Shown: one piece after another, positions 8,631-17,821 of the stretch
Position numbering within the stretch: position 1 is the first letter of the stretch
Layout of the letters: the number at the start of each line of letters is the position of its first letter
DNA from: a virus
Taxonomy: Duplodnaviria; Caudoviricetes
Reading direction: 5' to 3' (one strand)
DNA: 35,263 nt
IMG/VR virus record: IMGVR_UViG_3300027373_000012
Location: 1-35,263 of that record
Position numbers and translations under genes: made by a program
Notes under the pieces: model-generated
Told to the model about the DNA's origin: nothing
What the model saw: the letters and a program-made list of their open reading frames with translations, nothing else
Databases searched by the model: none

Positions 8631-9575
8631 ATGTCAACCGATAAAGTAAAGCAGTTCAGACCCATGAAGGCACCCACAGAGTCTATTACTGATGATCAGT
8701 TGGAGAACCTTAAGTACCCCGTACTGTGTTCACCTAAGATTGACGGCATACGTGCTGTGGTCAAGGGTGGGGTGGTGTTATCCAACTCCCTTAAGCCGAT
8801 ACCTAACCAGCACATTCAAGCTCTCCTGAAGGACATGGAGGGTTGTGATGGTGAGCTGGTAGTGGGGCTACCCTACAAGGCACACCCTGAAGATGAGGTC
8901 TTTAATAGAACCACAGGGGCTGTCAGAAGGGTTGATGGTAAACCTAACTTTACCTTCTGGGTATTCGATGACCTGAGAAGCCCTGAGAAGCCCTACAAGG
9001 ATCGGGAGTTTGGCCTGACCTTTGACGTTATCAATACTGGTGCCCCTGTTGAGGTAGTTGGGGTATGGTACTGCAGCTCACCTGAAGAAGTCAAGATCTA
9101 TGCCGCACAGATGCTGTCTAAGGGCTATGAAGGCATCATGATACGTGACCCTTACGCTCCCTACAGGTACGGACGTTGTACTACCAAGGAAGGGTATATC
9201 TTCAAGTACAAACCCTTTGATGATGTTGAGGCTGTAATCGTGGGTTTTGAAGAACAGATGGAGAACCATAACGAAAAGGTGGTGTCTGAGTTGGGCACTT
9301 CTAAGCGTTCTTCTCACAAAGCCAATAAGACCCTCAAGGGTACACTCGGAAAGTTCATCCTGAAGGCTGACAAGTGGCCTGATACCTTTAAATGTGGAAC
9401 GGGAGTAGGACTCACAGCTAAACTGAGGAAGGAGATCTGGGAGGACCGAGAGGGATACCTTGGCAAGGTTGTTACCATTAAGTATCAGAAGTATGGGAGT
9501 CTGGATAAACCACGTATCCCAATCTTCAAAGGCTTCAGGGATTGCTACGACATATCACCACCGGAGACACCTTAA
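8631..9575 (+). CDS. ATP-dependent DNA ligase
   Basis: Motif I SPKIDGIR, DGEL, FWVFD, GYEGIMIR, KYKPFDD, C-terminal OB domain GTGVG...PRIPIFKGFR. Confidence 0.95.
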   Translation: MSTDKVKQFRPMKAPTESITDDQLENLKYPVLCSPKIDGIRAVVKGGVVLSNSLKPIPNQHIQALLKDMEGCDGELVVGLPYKAHPEDEVFNRTTGAVRRVDGKPNFTFWVFDDLRSPEKPYKDREFGLTFDVINTGAPVEVVGVWYCSSPEEVKIYAAQMLSKGYEGIMIRDPYAPYRYGRCTTKEGYIFKYKPFDDVEAVIVGFEEQMENHNEKVVSELGTSKRSSHKANKTLKGTLGKFILKADKWPDTFKCGTGVGLTAKLRKEIWEDREGYLGKVVTIKYQKYGSLDKPRIPIFKGFRDCYDISPPETP

Positions 9576-9739
9576 ATAACGGAACGCTAGTGTATACAAC
9601 GGTGTTCTAACAATATGGTTGACAACTGTGGTCAATAACTCCTAGTGTGATAACGTACCACTACTGGAGGTCAGCACCTGTCTGCACTACCGACAACGTT
9701 AGGTAGGCACAAAGTCAGGAATAATGCGGCCTCCAGTAC

Positions 9740-9779
9740 CTTTTTACCGAATACATGCCCACTTTAGGAGAAAGAAGAA
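9740..9779 (+). promoter_or_regulatory. Putative phage RNA polymerase promoter (start of the late region)
   Basis: CTTTTTACCGAATACATGCCCACTTTAGGAGAAAGAAGAA, 39/40 identical to 30756-30795; the CACTTTAGGAGA core parallels T7 CACTATAGGGAGA; intergenic, just before the virion genes. Confidence 0.8.
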
Positions 9780-9829
9780 TTGAATGAAAAAATGTACTAA
9801 AGTTAAACCTTAAGGGAGAACTTAAAGTT

Positions 9830-10027
9830 ATGCCCACAACTGAAGCTGAAGATGCCTTAGCGTATCCAGGCTTTACTACTGATCAGATTGATTACCTCAC
9901 CCACGTATTCCCATCCCCTTTAGTATCCCCGCATAGCACCCACCAGGACTTACTGTTCGCTGGTGGTTCCCATCAAGTTGTCCTACACATCAAAGCCTGC
10001 GAATCATTCTTAAGATCCACAGAGTAA
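9830..10027 (+). CDS. Small hypothetical protein at the T7 gp6.5-like position
   Basis: 65-aa ORF, RBS AAGGGAG, first gene after the late promoter. Confidence 0.7.
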   Translation: MPTTEAEDALAYPGFTTDQIDYLTHVFPSPLVSPHSTHQDLLFAGGSHQVVLHIKACESFLRSTE

Positions 10028-10049
10028 CGAAAGGAGTACATAAGAAACT

Positions 10050-10259
10050 ATGTGTTCTGGAGGCGGATCACCCGCACCTGCACCAGCCCCACCACCCCCT
10101 GCAGCACCTGTACCTGAATCCCCACTCAAGATCGGTGGAGAGAACATTGATGCAATGAATGCTGCCCTTGCCCGAAAGAAGACAGGTAAGGCCAAGCTGA
10201 CAGTTCCTCTTGATGCTGTATCCGGTTCAACCGGTCCCGCGCTCACCATTCCCACCTAA
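10050..10259 (+). CDS. Small Pro-rich virion-associated protein (gp6.7/7.3-like position)
   Basis: MC start, Pro-rich stretch, KKTGKAKLTVPL; directly upstream of the portal; RBS AAGGAG. Confidence 0.75.
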   Translation: MCSGGGSPAPAPAPPPPAAPVPESPLKIGGENIDAMNAALARKKTGKAKLTVPLDAVSGSTGPALTIPT

Positions 10260-10294
10260 GTTGTACCCTACAAAATAAACCTACGGAGTAACCT

Positions 10295-11890
10295 GTGGCT
10301 GAAACCATAGCTGCTATCTCAATGGGTGTAGAAAGTTCTAACTCTGAGGGTTCCCTTAAGTCCAGGTTTAACTCCCTGGATGCCAAGCGGACTCAGGTAT
10401 TGGAACGTGGACGGCAGTGTTCAGGACTAACTATACCAGCTCTACTTCCCCCAGCAGGTTTCTCTGAAGATCAGGAGTTAATTACTCCCTATCAAGGGAC
10501 CGGAGCCTGGGCGGTAAACAATCTGGCATCAAAGATCGTACTGGCACACCTTGCACCAAACACTCCATTCTTTAAAGAAACACTTGATGTCAAAGCTGCT
10601 CAGGAACTTAAGGATGAAACCGAAGTCCTTGATCAGATCAACTCTACCTTTGCGGTAATCGAACGGGCAACGCTTCAGGAGATTGAGGAGCAAGCCTTAA
10701 GGGTTCCCTACCTGCTCACCATTAAGTATCTCATTGTGTGTGGCTATGCACTGCTCTACCTACCTGATGAGGGGGGTGCTATATCGTATCGTCCTGACCA
10801 GTTCGTAGTGGTTCGTGACCCTATGGGTGATGTACTTGAGCTGATCATCAGGGAGCGTATTCACGTATCACTGTTACCACCTGAAGTTCAAGCCACAGCT
10901 GTAACCAAAGCTGCACGTGATGATCAAACTGTTGAAATGTACACCCAGGTCAAACGTAAGAAGCGTTTGTGGTACGTGGTTCAGGAGGTCTGTGAAGAAC
11001 TCATAGAGTCCTCCCGTGGGACATACCCCTTGGATGAGTGCCCTTGGATTGCACCACGCTGGTCTACAGTGGCTGGTGAGCATTACGGTAGGGGTCATGT
11101 GGATGAGTACATTGGTGATATCAGATCTGCTGAATCACTCACCCAATCCATTGTGGAGGGAACTGCAGCAGCAGCTAAGGTTCTCTTCCTGAATAACCCC
11201 AATGGGACCACTAACTCAAAGAAGGTATCCCAAGCCAAGAATGGTGACATAATCAGCGGCAATGCTACTGACATAACCACCCTTCAGGTTCAGAAGTACA
11301 ATGACTTCAAGGTGGCCCTTGATACCCTTGAGCGTTTGACACGGGCTATTGAGCAGGCATTCCTTCTTATGGCTTCTGTCCAACGTAACGCTGAACGTGT
11401 CACTGCTGAAGAGTTCAGGTCAATGGCAAGTGAACTTGACTCAGCCCTTGGCGGAGTATATTCCCTCCTCTCAGCTACCCTACAGTTACCACTACTGCGG
11501 CGTATTCAAGCGCGTATGCGTAAGCAGGGTAAACTACCACAACTCCCTTCCAAGTTTGTCAAGCCGGTTATCACTACCGGTATTGATGCCCTCTCAAGAT
11601 CATTCGAGCTGTCACGTATCGAACAGTTTCTCGCCGGTCTACCACCAGAAGCCCTTAAGCGTATCAAGTGGGAAGTCTACCTGAAGCGTAGGGCCACAGC
11701 CTTGAACGTAGATGTTGAAGGTATGGTCATGACTGATGCTGAATACTCGCAGATGCAACAGCAGGAAACACTTATGAGTATCGCCCAGGGTGCTGCACCA
11801 GGGGCGATACAAGAACTCACCAAAGGAGCTATGAACAGTGGCACAGGAGCAAACCCAGAAGCAGCCCAAGGCACCGAAGCAGGAGCCTGA
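10295..11890 (+). CDS. Portal / head-tail connector (T7 gp8-like)
   Basis: LTIPAL, PYQGTGAWAVNNLASK, GEHYGRGHVDEYIGD, QRNAERVTAEE, LGGVYSLLS. Confidence 0.96.
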   Translation: MAETIAAISMGVESSNSEGSLKSRFNSLDAKRTQVLERGRQCSGLTIPALLPPAGFSEDQELITPYQGTGAWAVNNLASKIVLAHLAPNTPFFKETLDVKAAQELKDETEVLDQINSTFAVIERATLQEIEEQALRVPYLLTIKYLIVCGYALLYLPDEGGAISYRPDQFVVVRDPMGDVLELIIRERIHVSLLPPEVQATAVTKAARDDQTVEMYTQVKRKKRLWYVVQEVCEELIESSRGTYPLDECPWIAPRWSTVAGEHYGRGHVDEYIGDIRSAESLTQSIVEGTAAAAKVLFLNNPNGTTNSKKVSQAKNGDIISGNATDITTLQVQKYNDFKVALDTLERLTRAIEQAFLLMASVQRNAERVTAEEFRSMASELDSALGGVYSLLSATLQLPLLRRIQARMRKQGKLPQLPSKFVKPVITTGIDALSRSFELSRIEQFLAGLPPEALKRIKWEVYLKRRATALNVDVEGMVMTDAEYSQMQQQETLMSIAQGAAPGAIQELTKGAMNSGTGANPEAAQGTEAGA

Positions 11891-12008
11891 GAAGACCGAA
11901 CAACCGAAGCAGGAGCCTGAGAAGACCGAACAACCGAAGCAGGAGCCTGAGAAGACCGTAATGGAAAACCATTACGAATCCCGCGGCTTCACGATCACTA
12001 CCCGATAA
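11838..12008 (+). CDS. Small 56-aa protein with a 10-aa tandem repeat, overlapping the portal 3' end
   Basis: AAAGGAG RBS then GTG 11838: MAQEQTQKQPKAPKQEPEKTEQPKQEPEKTEQPKQEPEKTVMENHYESRGFTITTR*. Confidence 0.65.
   Translation: MAQEQTQKQPKAPKQEPEKTEQPKQEPEKTEQPKQEPEKTVMENHYESRGFTITTR
11873..11958 (+). repeat. 30-bp tandem repeat ACCGAAGCAGGAGCCTGAGAAGACCGAACA, about 2.9 copies
   Basis: Directly visible; contiguous copies with no spacers. Confidence 0.93.
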
Positions 12009-12020
12009 GGTTACCCCACA

Positions 12021-12833
12021 TTGAATATCGTACAAGTTCCAGTACAGACTTCAGCACCAACATCGGACCCCTTCTATGAGCAGCGTATGATTGCCAAGGC
12101 TGAGGGTAAACCTTTTGTTGAGCCTAAGTCTGAACCAGAAAAGGCAGCACCAGCTGAAGTTCCTGCAAAGGAAACCCCAAAAGAACCCACCACACCTGAG
12201 CCTGACTACAAGAAACTGTACGAGGAGCTTACGGCTAAACAGCAAGTAACCCCCAAGGAGTCACCTACAAAGGAACCCACGGCTCCGCCAGCTGAAGGTG
12301 ATGATGAAGCAGCTAAGGCCCTGCAAAGTGTGGGCTTGAACATGGCTGACTTCCAGAATGAGTTTGAGGCTTCAGGTACACTTTCCCCTGAGTCATATCA
12401 AGCTCTGGCAAAGGCTGGCATTGATGAGTCCGTAGTCAACAACTACATCGAAGGTCAGAAGGCACGTGCTGAGGTACAGGCTCAAAGACTCTTTGGTGTA
12501 GCTGGTGGCGAGGATAAGTTCAAAGAGGCTGTTGAATGGGCAAAGACTAACCTCACCCATGAGGAGATTCTGAAGTTCAACGCTGAGGTGACTACTCACA
12601 ATGCTGCTACTGCTGAAACCGCTGTGCGTGGATTGATGTCCCGTTTCACCGACAATATGGGTGAACCACCAGCGGGCCTCCTCAAAGCCTCTGAAGCGGC
12701 TCTAAATGCTTCTGGTGACGTATTCAAGTCTCGATCAGAAATGATTGCAGCCATGAGTGACCCACGTTACCACCGCGATCCAGCCTACCGCAAAGAGGTT
12801 GAGGCAAAAGTGGTTCGCTCGAAACTCTCCTAA
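12021..12833 (+). CDS. Capsid assembly scaffold protein (T7 gp9-like)
   Basis: Acidic, Pro-rich N-terminus; GTLSPESYQALAKAG, YIEGQKA, AGGEDKF..WA, C-terminal FKSRSEMIAAMSDPRYHRDPAYRKEVEAKV. Confidence 0.93.
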   Translation: MNIVQVPVQTSAPTSDPFYEQRMIAKAEGKPFVEPKSEPEKAAPAEVPAKETPKEPTTPEPDYKKLYEELTAKQQVTPKESPTKEPTAPPAEGDDEAAKALQSVGLNMADFQNEFEASGTLSPESYQALAKAGIDESVVNNYIEGQKARAEVQAQRLFGVAGGEDKFKEAVEWAKTNLTHEEILKFNAEVTTHNAATAETAVRGLMSRFTDNMGEPPAGLLKASEAALNASGDVFKSRSEMIAAMSDPRYHRDPAYRKEVEAKVVRSKLS

Positions 12834-13021
12834 GCAGTACCCCCAAGCAGAAACCGCAAGTCACACCTGATGTTACCAACCTGAACGGTCTCCATGCGTG
12901 GACACCTGAAGGGCACACGTGCGTCCTGTCTGTGACCTCTGCGGTTTCTCCCTCCATTCCTCAATTATTCCAAACACATAAACCCAACATACACACACAC
13001 AAAACTTAAGGAGAAACACAG

Positions 13022-13999
13022 ATGTCTGATTTTACCGCCTCCCGTATTGGTCAACAGAACGCAACTGGTGATGTACTCGCTAACTTCCTGAAGGTGTTTG
13101 CTGGCGAAGTCCTGACCGCCTTTGAAGTCAACAACGTCATGCTGGCACGTCACCACGTCCGCACTATCCAGAACGGTAAATCTGCACAGTTCCCTGTAAT
13201 GGGCCGCGCTACTGCTGGCTATCATACCCCAGGTACTGAGCTGAAGGGCCGCACCATTAAGCATAACGAGGAGATCATTACCATTGATGGCCTGCTGGTT
13301 GCTGATGTGTTCCTGAGTAACCTTGATGAGGCCATGTCCCATTATGACGTGCGTGGTCCCTATGCCAAGGAGTTGGGTAATGCTCTGAAGACTGCCTATG
13401 ACAAGAACGTTATCCAAGAGGGTATCCTGGGTGCTCGTGCATCCAACAAGATCAATGACCTCCCTGGTGGTACTCAGATCAAGAATGACAAATTCCGTAT
13501 CTGCACTGGTGGTGCTGCTGATGTTGCTACCAAAGCTAAAGCTATGGCTGAGGCTCTGTATCTGGCTGCAGAACGGTTGGCTACCAATAACGTTACTGAA
13601 CAGGCTTACTGCTTGATGCGTCCTGCTGAGTACTTTGCTCTGGCTCAGAACTTGGATGCTATCAACAGCCTGTACGGTGGCAATGGTTCTTATGCTGATG
13701 GTAAGTGTGTGAAGATCGGTGGTATTGAGCTGCTGATGTCCAATAACGTACCTTCTACGGACCTGACCGGCACCGTTGATTTCCACGCTGGTGACTTCTC
13801 CAAGACTATCGGCCTTGTGTTCGTGGAGTCTGCAATTGGTACGGTCAAGCTGATGGACCTGTCTATTCAGGTGGGTGCTTTCGATAACCGTTACCAGGGT
13901 CACCTGACGACTGCGACATACGCAATGGGTCATAAGTTCCTGCGTCCTGATGCCCTGATCGAACTGGCTCTGGATACCGTAACCAACGCTACTGCTTAA
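13022..13999 (+). CDS. Major capsid protein (T7 gp10-like)
   Basis: FLKVFAGEVLTAF, RTIQNGKSAQFPVMGR, ITIDGLL, YDVRGPYAKELGNAL, YAMGHKFLRP. Confidence 0.97.
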   Translation: MSDFTASRIGQQNATGDVLANFLKVFAGEVLTAFEVNNVMLARHHVRTIQNGKSAQFPVMGRATAGYHTPGTELKGRTIKHNEEIITIDGLLVADVFLSNLDEAMSHYDVRGPYAKELGNALKTAYDKNVIQEGILGARASNKINDLPGGTQIKNDKFRICTGGAADVATKAKAMAEALYLAAERLATNNVTEQAYCLMRPAEYFALAQNLDAINSLYGGNGSYADGKCVKIGGIELLMSNNVPSTDLTGTVDFHAGDFSKTIGLVFVESAIGTVKLMDLSIQVGAFDNRYQGHLTTATYAMGHKFLRPDALIELALDTVTNATA

Positions 14000-14012
14000 T
14001 AGTTGAAACATC

Positions 14013-14050
14013 AAGGGGACACTTCTGTTTATCAGGGGTGTCCCCTTTTT
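14013..14050 (+). terminator. Intrinsic terminator after the capsid gene (T-phi-like)
   Basis: AAGGGGACACTTCTG / CAGGGGTGTCCCCTT stem followed by a T run. Confidence 0.88.
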
Positions 14051-14130
14051 GCAACCTTGTGGGACTTGTGGCGTTTACTTCAGTTCAACCCTGAAGAGTC
14101 CCTAACTACATGAACGAAAGGAAAGTAACC

Positions 14131-14715
14131 ATGTCTGACGCTACCATGACATCTGAATTGGAAGCGGTAAACATCCTACTGCGGGGGATTGGTGAGCGTC
14201 CTGTGGTAACTTTGGATGGTCTGTCTAACGTAACCAAAGCCTCACTAGCACGCGAGACGCTTCACCGTGTCTCCAGGCAGTTACAGATAACCGGTTGGTC
14301 CTTTAACAGTGAGACCGGATTCCCACTAACACCTGACAGTTCCACTATGAATATCCAGCTACCGGTGAATACCCTTAAGTGTGACCCTGTAGATCAAACT
14401 CAGGACTACGCCAACAGGGGCGCCCGCTTGTATGACCGTACTAACCACACGTACACCTTCAGTAGCACCGTGTTGGTGAACATTGTGTTCTTCCTTACGT
14501 GGGATGAACTCCCTGAGCATGCCCGTAACTACATCACCGTCAAAGCCGCACGTATCTTCCAGAAGGAGACCGTAGGTGCAACTGACCAGAACACACTGAT
14601 GGAACGTGATGAGCAGAGAGCCTGGGTTGATTTTGTTAATACTGAGTCAGACTTGGATACCCCCAACATTCTAACCACCATACCAGCCTTGAACAGATCA
14701 GTGAATCCAAGATAA
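14131..14715 (+). CDS. Tail tubular protein A (T7 gp11-like)
   Basis: SELEAVNILL..IGERPV, GWSFNSE, RLYDRTNHTY, WDELPEHARNYITVKAAR; ATG 14131 follows AAGGAAAG (the track starts it at 14110). Confidence 0.93.
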   Translation: MSDATMTSELEAVNILLRGIGERPVVTLDGLSNVTKASLARETLHRVSRQLQITGWSFNSETGFPLTPDSSTMNIQLPVNTLKCDPVDQTQDYANRGARLYDRTNHTYTFSSTVLVNIVFFLTWDELPEHARNYITVKAARIFQKETVGATDQNTLMERDEQRAWVDFVNTESDLDTPNILTTIPALNRSVNPR

Positions 14716-17351
14716 TGCAGTTCACACGGGATATTACAGGGTTTACTGGTGGAGTCAGCCAGCAGCCCGCACCTCTACGGAGTGACACCCAATATCAAAG
14801 TGGAGAGAACTGTTGGCCGTCCTTAACTTATGGCAACGCTAAAAGACCGCCAGCTTCTCATGTGGCTGTTCTGGCTTCTAAAGTGACTGCCGGAGCCTTT
14901 ACACATCCTATATTCAGGTCAACAACTGAGGAGTATGTAGCTATCATCACAGGCGATACTGATGAGCCTATTGAGGTGTACAAGCCGGATGGTACTAAAT
15001 GTGTAATAAGATATGGGCACCTTGACGAAGATTTTGTTTATACAGCAGATGCTGATGTTAAGAGATATGCGACAGCACTATCAGGTAACACAGCAGGTTC
15101 AGTGTTTAAAGCTGTAACCATTGCTGACCATACCCTGATAGCTAACACACTGGTAACGTGCGCTATGACCGACACAGTGGACACTATAGAGCAGAACCAT
15201 GAGGGTGTAGCCTATATCATGAGGGGCGTGGCTGGTACTACTTATAATATTTACCTGAATGATACACTGTTAGCTACCTACGCATCAGGTGAGTCCACCA
15301 ACTACAATTCATACAAAACATCCACAATTGCTGCAAACTTAGCGGCTTCATTAGGGGCTGGTATAAATGTGACCATAGATCCCACACCTGATGTGTACAC
15401 CTATCAAGTTGGGTTTATGCCAGCTGGTGTTGTAACTGTAAGGCTCAATGACACAATTCTACCAAGCACGCACTATGTGTGGTCACAGAATAACAATATT
15501 TGGACCATAACGTTTAATTCAGGGTTGGTGAGTTTTACCGATGGGGTTTCCCACGTGGACGAAAACACGGGTTTAACTGTTGTAGATACGCCACCTGATA
15601 CTATATTCATCGCTGGTAGTTCTCCGGCTGGATATTCGGTGCTACAGCAAGACAGCTTAGTGCGTGTAAATCGTGCTGATGGTGCCCCGTTTAAATTCAG
15701 GGTTTCAGACAGCTGGGGTGATCAGGCATCACTGGGTATCTACCGTAAGGTTCAAGATTACGAATCTTTACCTCCACGTTACTTTGCAGGTTCCATATTA
15801 GAAATATCTGGCGATCCTTCAAACAGCTTCGATAACTACTGGATACGCTACAACAATGATACGGGTTCTGCATCAGGCACTTGGGAGGAAACAAGAAAGC
15901 CTGGAATGAAGAATATATTGGACCCAGCCACATTGCCACACAGGTTAGTCCGTACCGGTACTGCTGAGTTCACGTTTGCGGATATTGAGTGGACAGAACG
16001 TAAGGTTGGGGACGAGATAAGTTGTAGTGAACCATCGTTTATTGGTAAAACCATAAATGACATCTTCTATTACCGTAATCGGTTGGGTTTATTTGCTGGG
16101 GAAAACTTAATCACTTCCAAAGCTGGTGACTATTTCAACTTCTGGCCCACCACGGCTACGGATACTCTGGATGATGACCCTATAGATGTATCGGCCAACG
16201 TGTCTGACGTGACACTCCTGAAGTACGCACTACCGTACGAGAAAACCTTGTTAGGCTTTGGTGATAGGGTGCAGGTTGAGTTCAGCACAGGGAGTGCCAG
16301 CATCTTGTCAGGTAAAACAGTGGTATCAAACGTGGCTACCAAGTACCCTACCTCTCATAAGTGTAAGCCGGTACTTGTTGGGTCCAACGCCTTCTTTGCC
16401 ATTGAGGATACCCGCTACACCACCATCCGCGAATACTTCATACAACCTGACGGCGTTTCCTATGACGCTGCCGATGTTACTGCACACTGTCCCCAGTACT
16501 TACCTGCCAACGTCACCAAGCTGGTGGGTAGCTCGGCTCATGATCTCTTATTTGCTTTCAGCCCTGATGACCCAACTGCAGTGTATGTCTATAAGTACTA
16601 CTGGCAAGGGGATCAAAAGGCGCAGTCTGCATGGGACCGGTGGGTGTTCCCATTCGATTTAGTCACCATTGAGGTACTGCAGGGTCAGCTCTATTTGATC
16701 ACCAATCATGCCAACACAGCGAACCTATGGAAGATAGACCTAGGTGCGATAACACCTGAAAGCTGGTTAGCGTTAAACTCATTCATGGTGTGCTTAGATG
16801 GTAAGTGTTCACTCCAGGGGCAGTATGACTTAGCGTCAGGTACAACTTCGTGGACCCTTCCATACACTGACACCACAGACCGAGAATATACTGCAGTGGG
16901 GGTTACAGGTTTCCCTGTGGTTAAACTCACCAAGTCGGGCTCTACGGTGTCGGCCCTGGGGGATCACACGTCCGGTTTGTACACAGTGGGCCTTACCTAT
17001 AACCACAAAGTACACCTCTCTAAGTTTGTCCTGAAGGATGGAAACAATAGGCCCTACCTACATGGGTATACCACACTCAGAACTCTAGCTGTTGGCTATG
17101 CTGCTACTGCTTACTTTGCGGTGGTCGTTACGGTTTTGGGCAGGGAGCCTGATGTCTATCTCCACTCACCTATTACGGCAGGTTGCGCCTTAAATACCCT
17201 CCTGACAGATAGTGGTGTGTTTACTGACACCTTACTTATGGGTGATTCTGAGGAGGTAGATGTGACCATTCAAAACGACACTTGTTACCCTTCAATTTTC
17301 GTGAATGCCTCTGTGGAAGGCACGTTCACTTCAAGAGCGAGGAAGATATGA
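14715..17351 (+). CDS. Tail tubular protein B / nozzle (T7 gp12-like)
   Basis: GGVSQQP, KRPP, WEET, LPHRLVR, VGD...PSFIG, YRNRLG, DDDPID, QSAWDRW. Confidence 0.95.
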   Translation: MQFTRDITGFTGGVSQQPAPLRSDTQYQSGENCWPSLTYGNAKRPPASHVAVLASKVTAGAFTHPIFRSTTEEYVAIITGDTDEPIEVYKPDGTKCVIRYGHLDEDFVYTADADVKRYATALSGNTAGSVFKAVTIADHTLIANTLVTCAMTDTVDTIEQNHEGVAYIMRGVAGTTYNIYLNDTLLATYASGESTNYNSYKTSTIAANLAASLGAGINVTIDPTPDVYTYQVGFMPAGVVTVRLNDTILPSTHYVWSQNNNIWTITFNSGLVSFTDGVSHVDENTGLTVVDTPPDTIFIAGSSPAGYSVLQQDSLVRVNRADGAPFKFRVSDSWGDQASLGIYRKVQDYESLPPRYFAGSILEISGDPSNSFDNYWIRYNNDTGSASGTWEETRKPGMKNILDPATLPHRLVRTGTAEFTFADIEWTERKVGDEISCSEPSFIGKTINDIFYYRNRLGLFAGENLITSKAGDYFNFWPTTATDTLDDDPIDVSANVSDVTLLKYALPYEKTLLGFGDRVQVEFSTGSASILSGKTVVSNVATKYPTSHKCKPVLVGSNAFFAIEDTRYTTIREYFIQPDGVSYDAADVTAHCPQYLPANVTKLVGSSAHDLLFAFSPDDPTAVYVYKYYWQGDQKAQSAWDRWVFPFDLVTIEVLQGQLYLITNHANTANLWKIDLGAITPESWLALNSFMVCLDGKCSLQGQYDLASGTTSWTLPYTDTTDREYTAVGVTGFPVVKLTKSGSTVSALGDHTSGLYTVGLTYNHKVHLSKFVLKDGNNRPYLHGYTTLRTLAVGYAATAYFAVVVTVLGREPDVYLHSPITAGCALNTLLTDSGVFTDTLLMGDSEEVDVTIQNDTCYPSIFVNASVEGTFTSRARKI

Positions 17352-17821
17352 CAGCTACACACAGGCCGATGGTTGAGTCTGATATAGATGCCGTTTTGGG
17401 TATGAAGCTGTGCCCTGAAGATGAAGCTGAACTGACAGCCCTCACCGGACAAGACACAGAAACGGTATTGATTGAATCACTCACGGCTACTAATGAGCCT
17501 TGGGTAGTCTTACTAGATGGGCGTATTGTTGCGGTATACGGGGTTTCACACGCAGCTACCGAAGCTGGTTGCTCATTCGGAATGCCCTGGTTACTCTCTA
17601 CCGGTGAGTTAAAGTTATTCAGTAGGAAATTTTTACGTGAATCCAAAGCTGTAATAGCAAAGTTTCACCAACACTACACAACGTTATCCAACTTGGTGGA
17701 CATCAGACACACACGTGCAATCCGATGGTTGAAGTGGTTGGGGTTTGAGTTCCTGGAAGGCGAACTGTTGGGACACGATACTACTGTTCCATTTAAGCAG
17801 TTCGTAAGGTGCAAATCATAA
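17348..17821 (+). CDS. Internal virion protein A (T7 gp13-like, GNAT-like fold)
   Basis: ATGA overlap with gp12; PWLLST, LSNLVDIRHTRAIRWLKWLGFEF. Confidence 0.85.
   Translation: MTATHRPMVESDIDAVLGMKLCPEDEAELTALTGQDTETVLIESLTATNEPWVVLLDGRIVAVYGVSHAATEAGCSFGMPWLLSTGELKLFSRKFLRESKAVIAKFHQHYTTLSNLVDIRHTRAIRWLKWLGFEFLEGELLGHDTTVPFKQFVRCKS

Noticed and set aside
11873-11958. 30-bp repeats as a mini CRISPR array
   Set aside because: Copies are contiguous with no spacers, are not palindromic and encode an in-frame peptide repeat.
12965-14014. 349-aa minus-strand ORF
   Set aside because: Antisense shadow of the major capsid gene; no recognisable motifs.
13960-14110. T7 gp10B-type capsid frameshift extension
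   Set aside because: No obvious slippery site; double stop TAA TAG is followed at once by the terminator.
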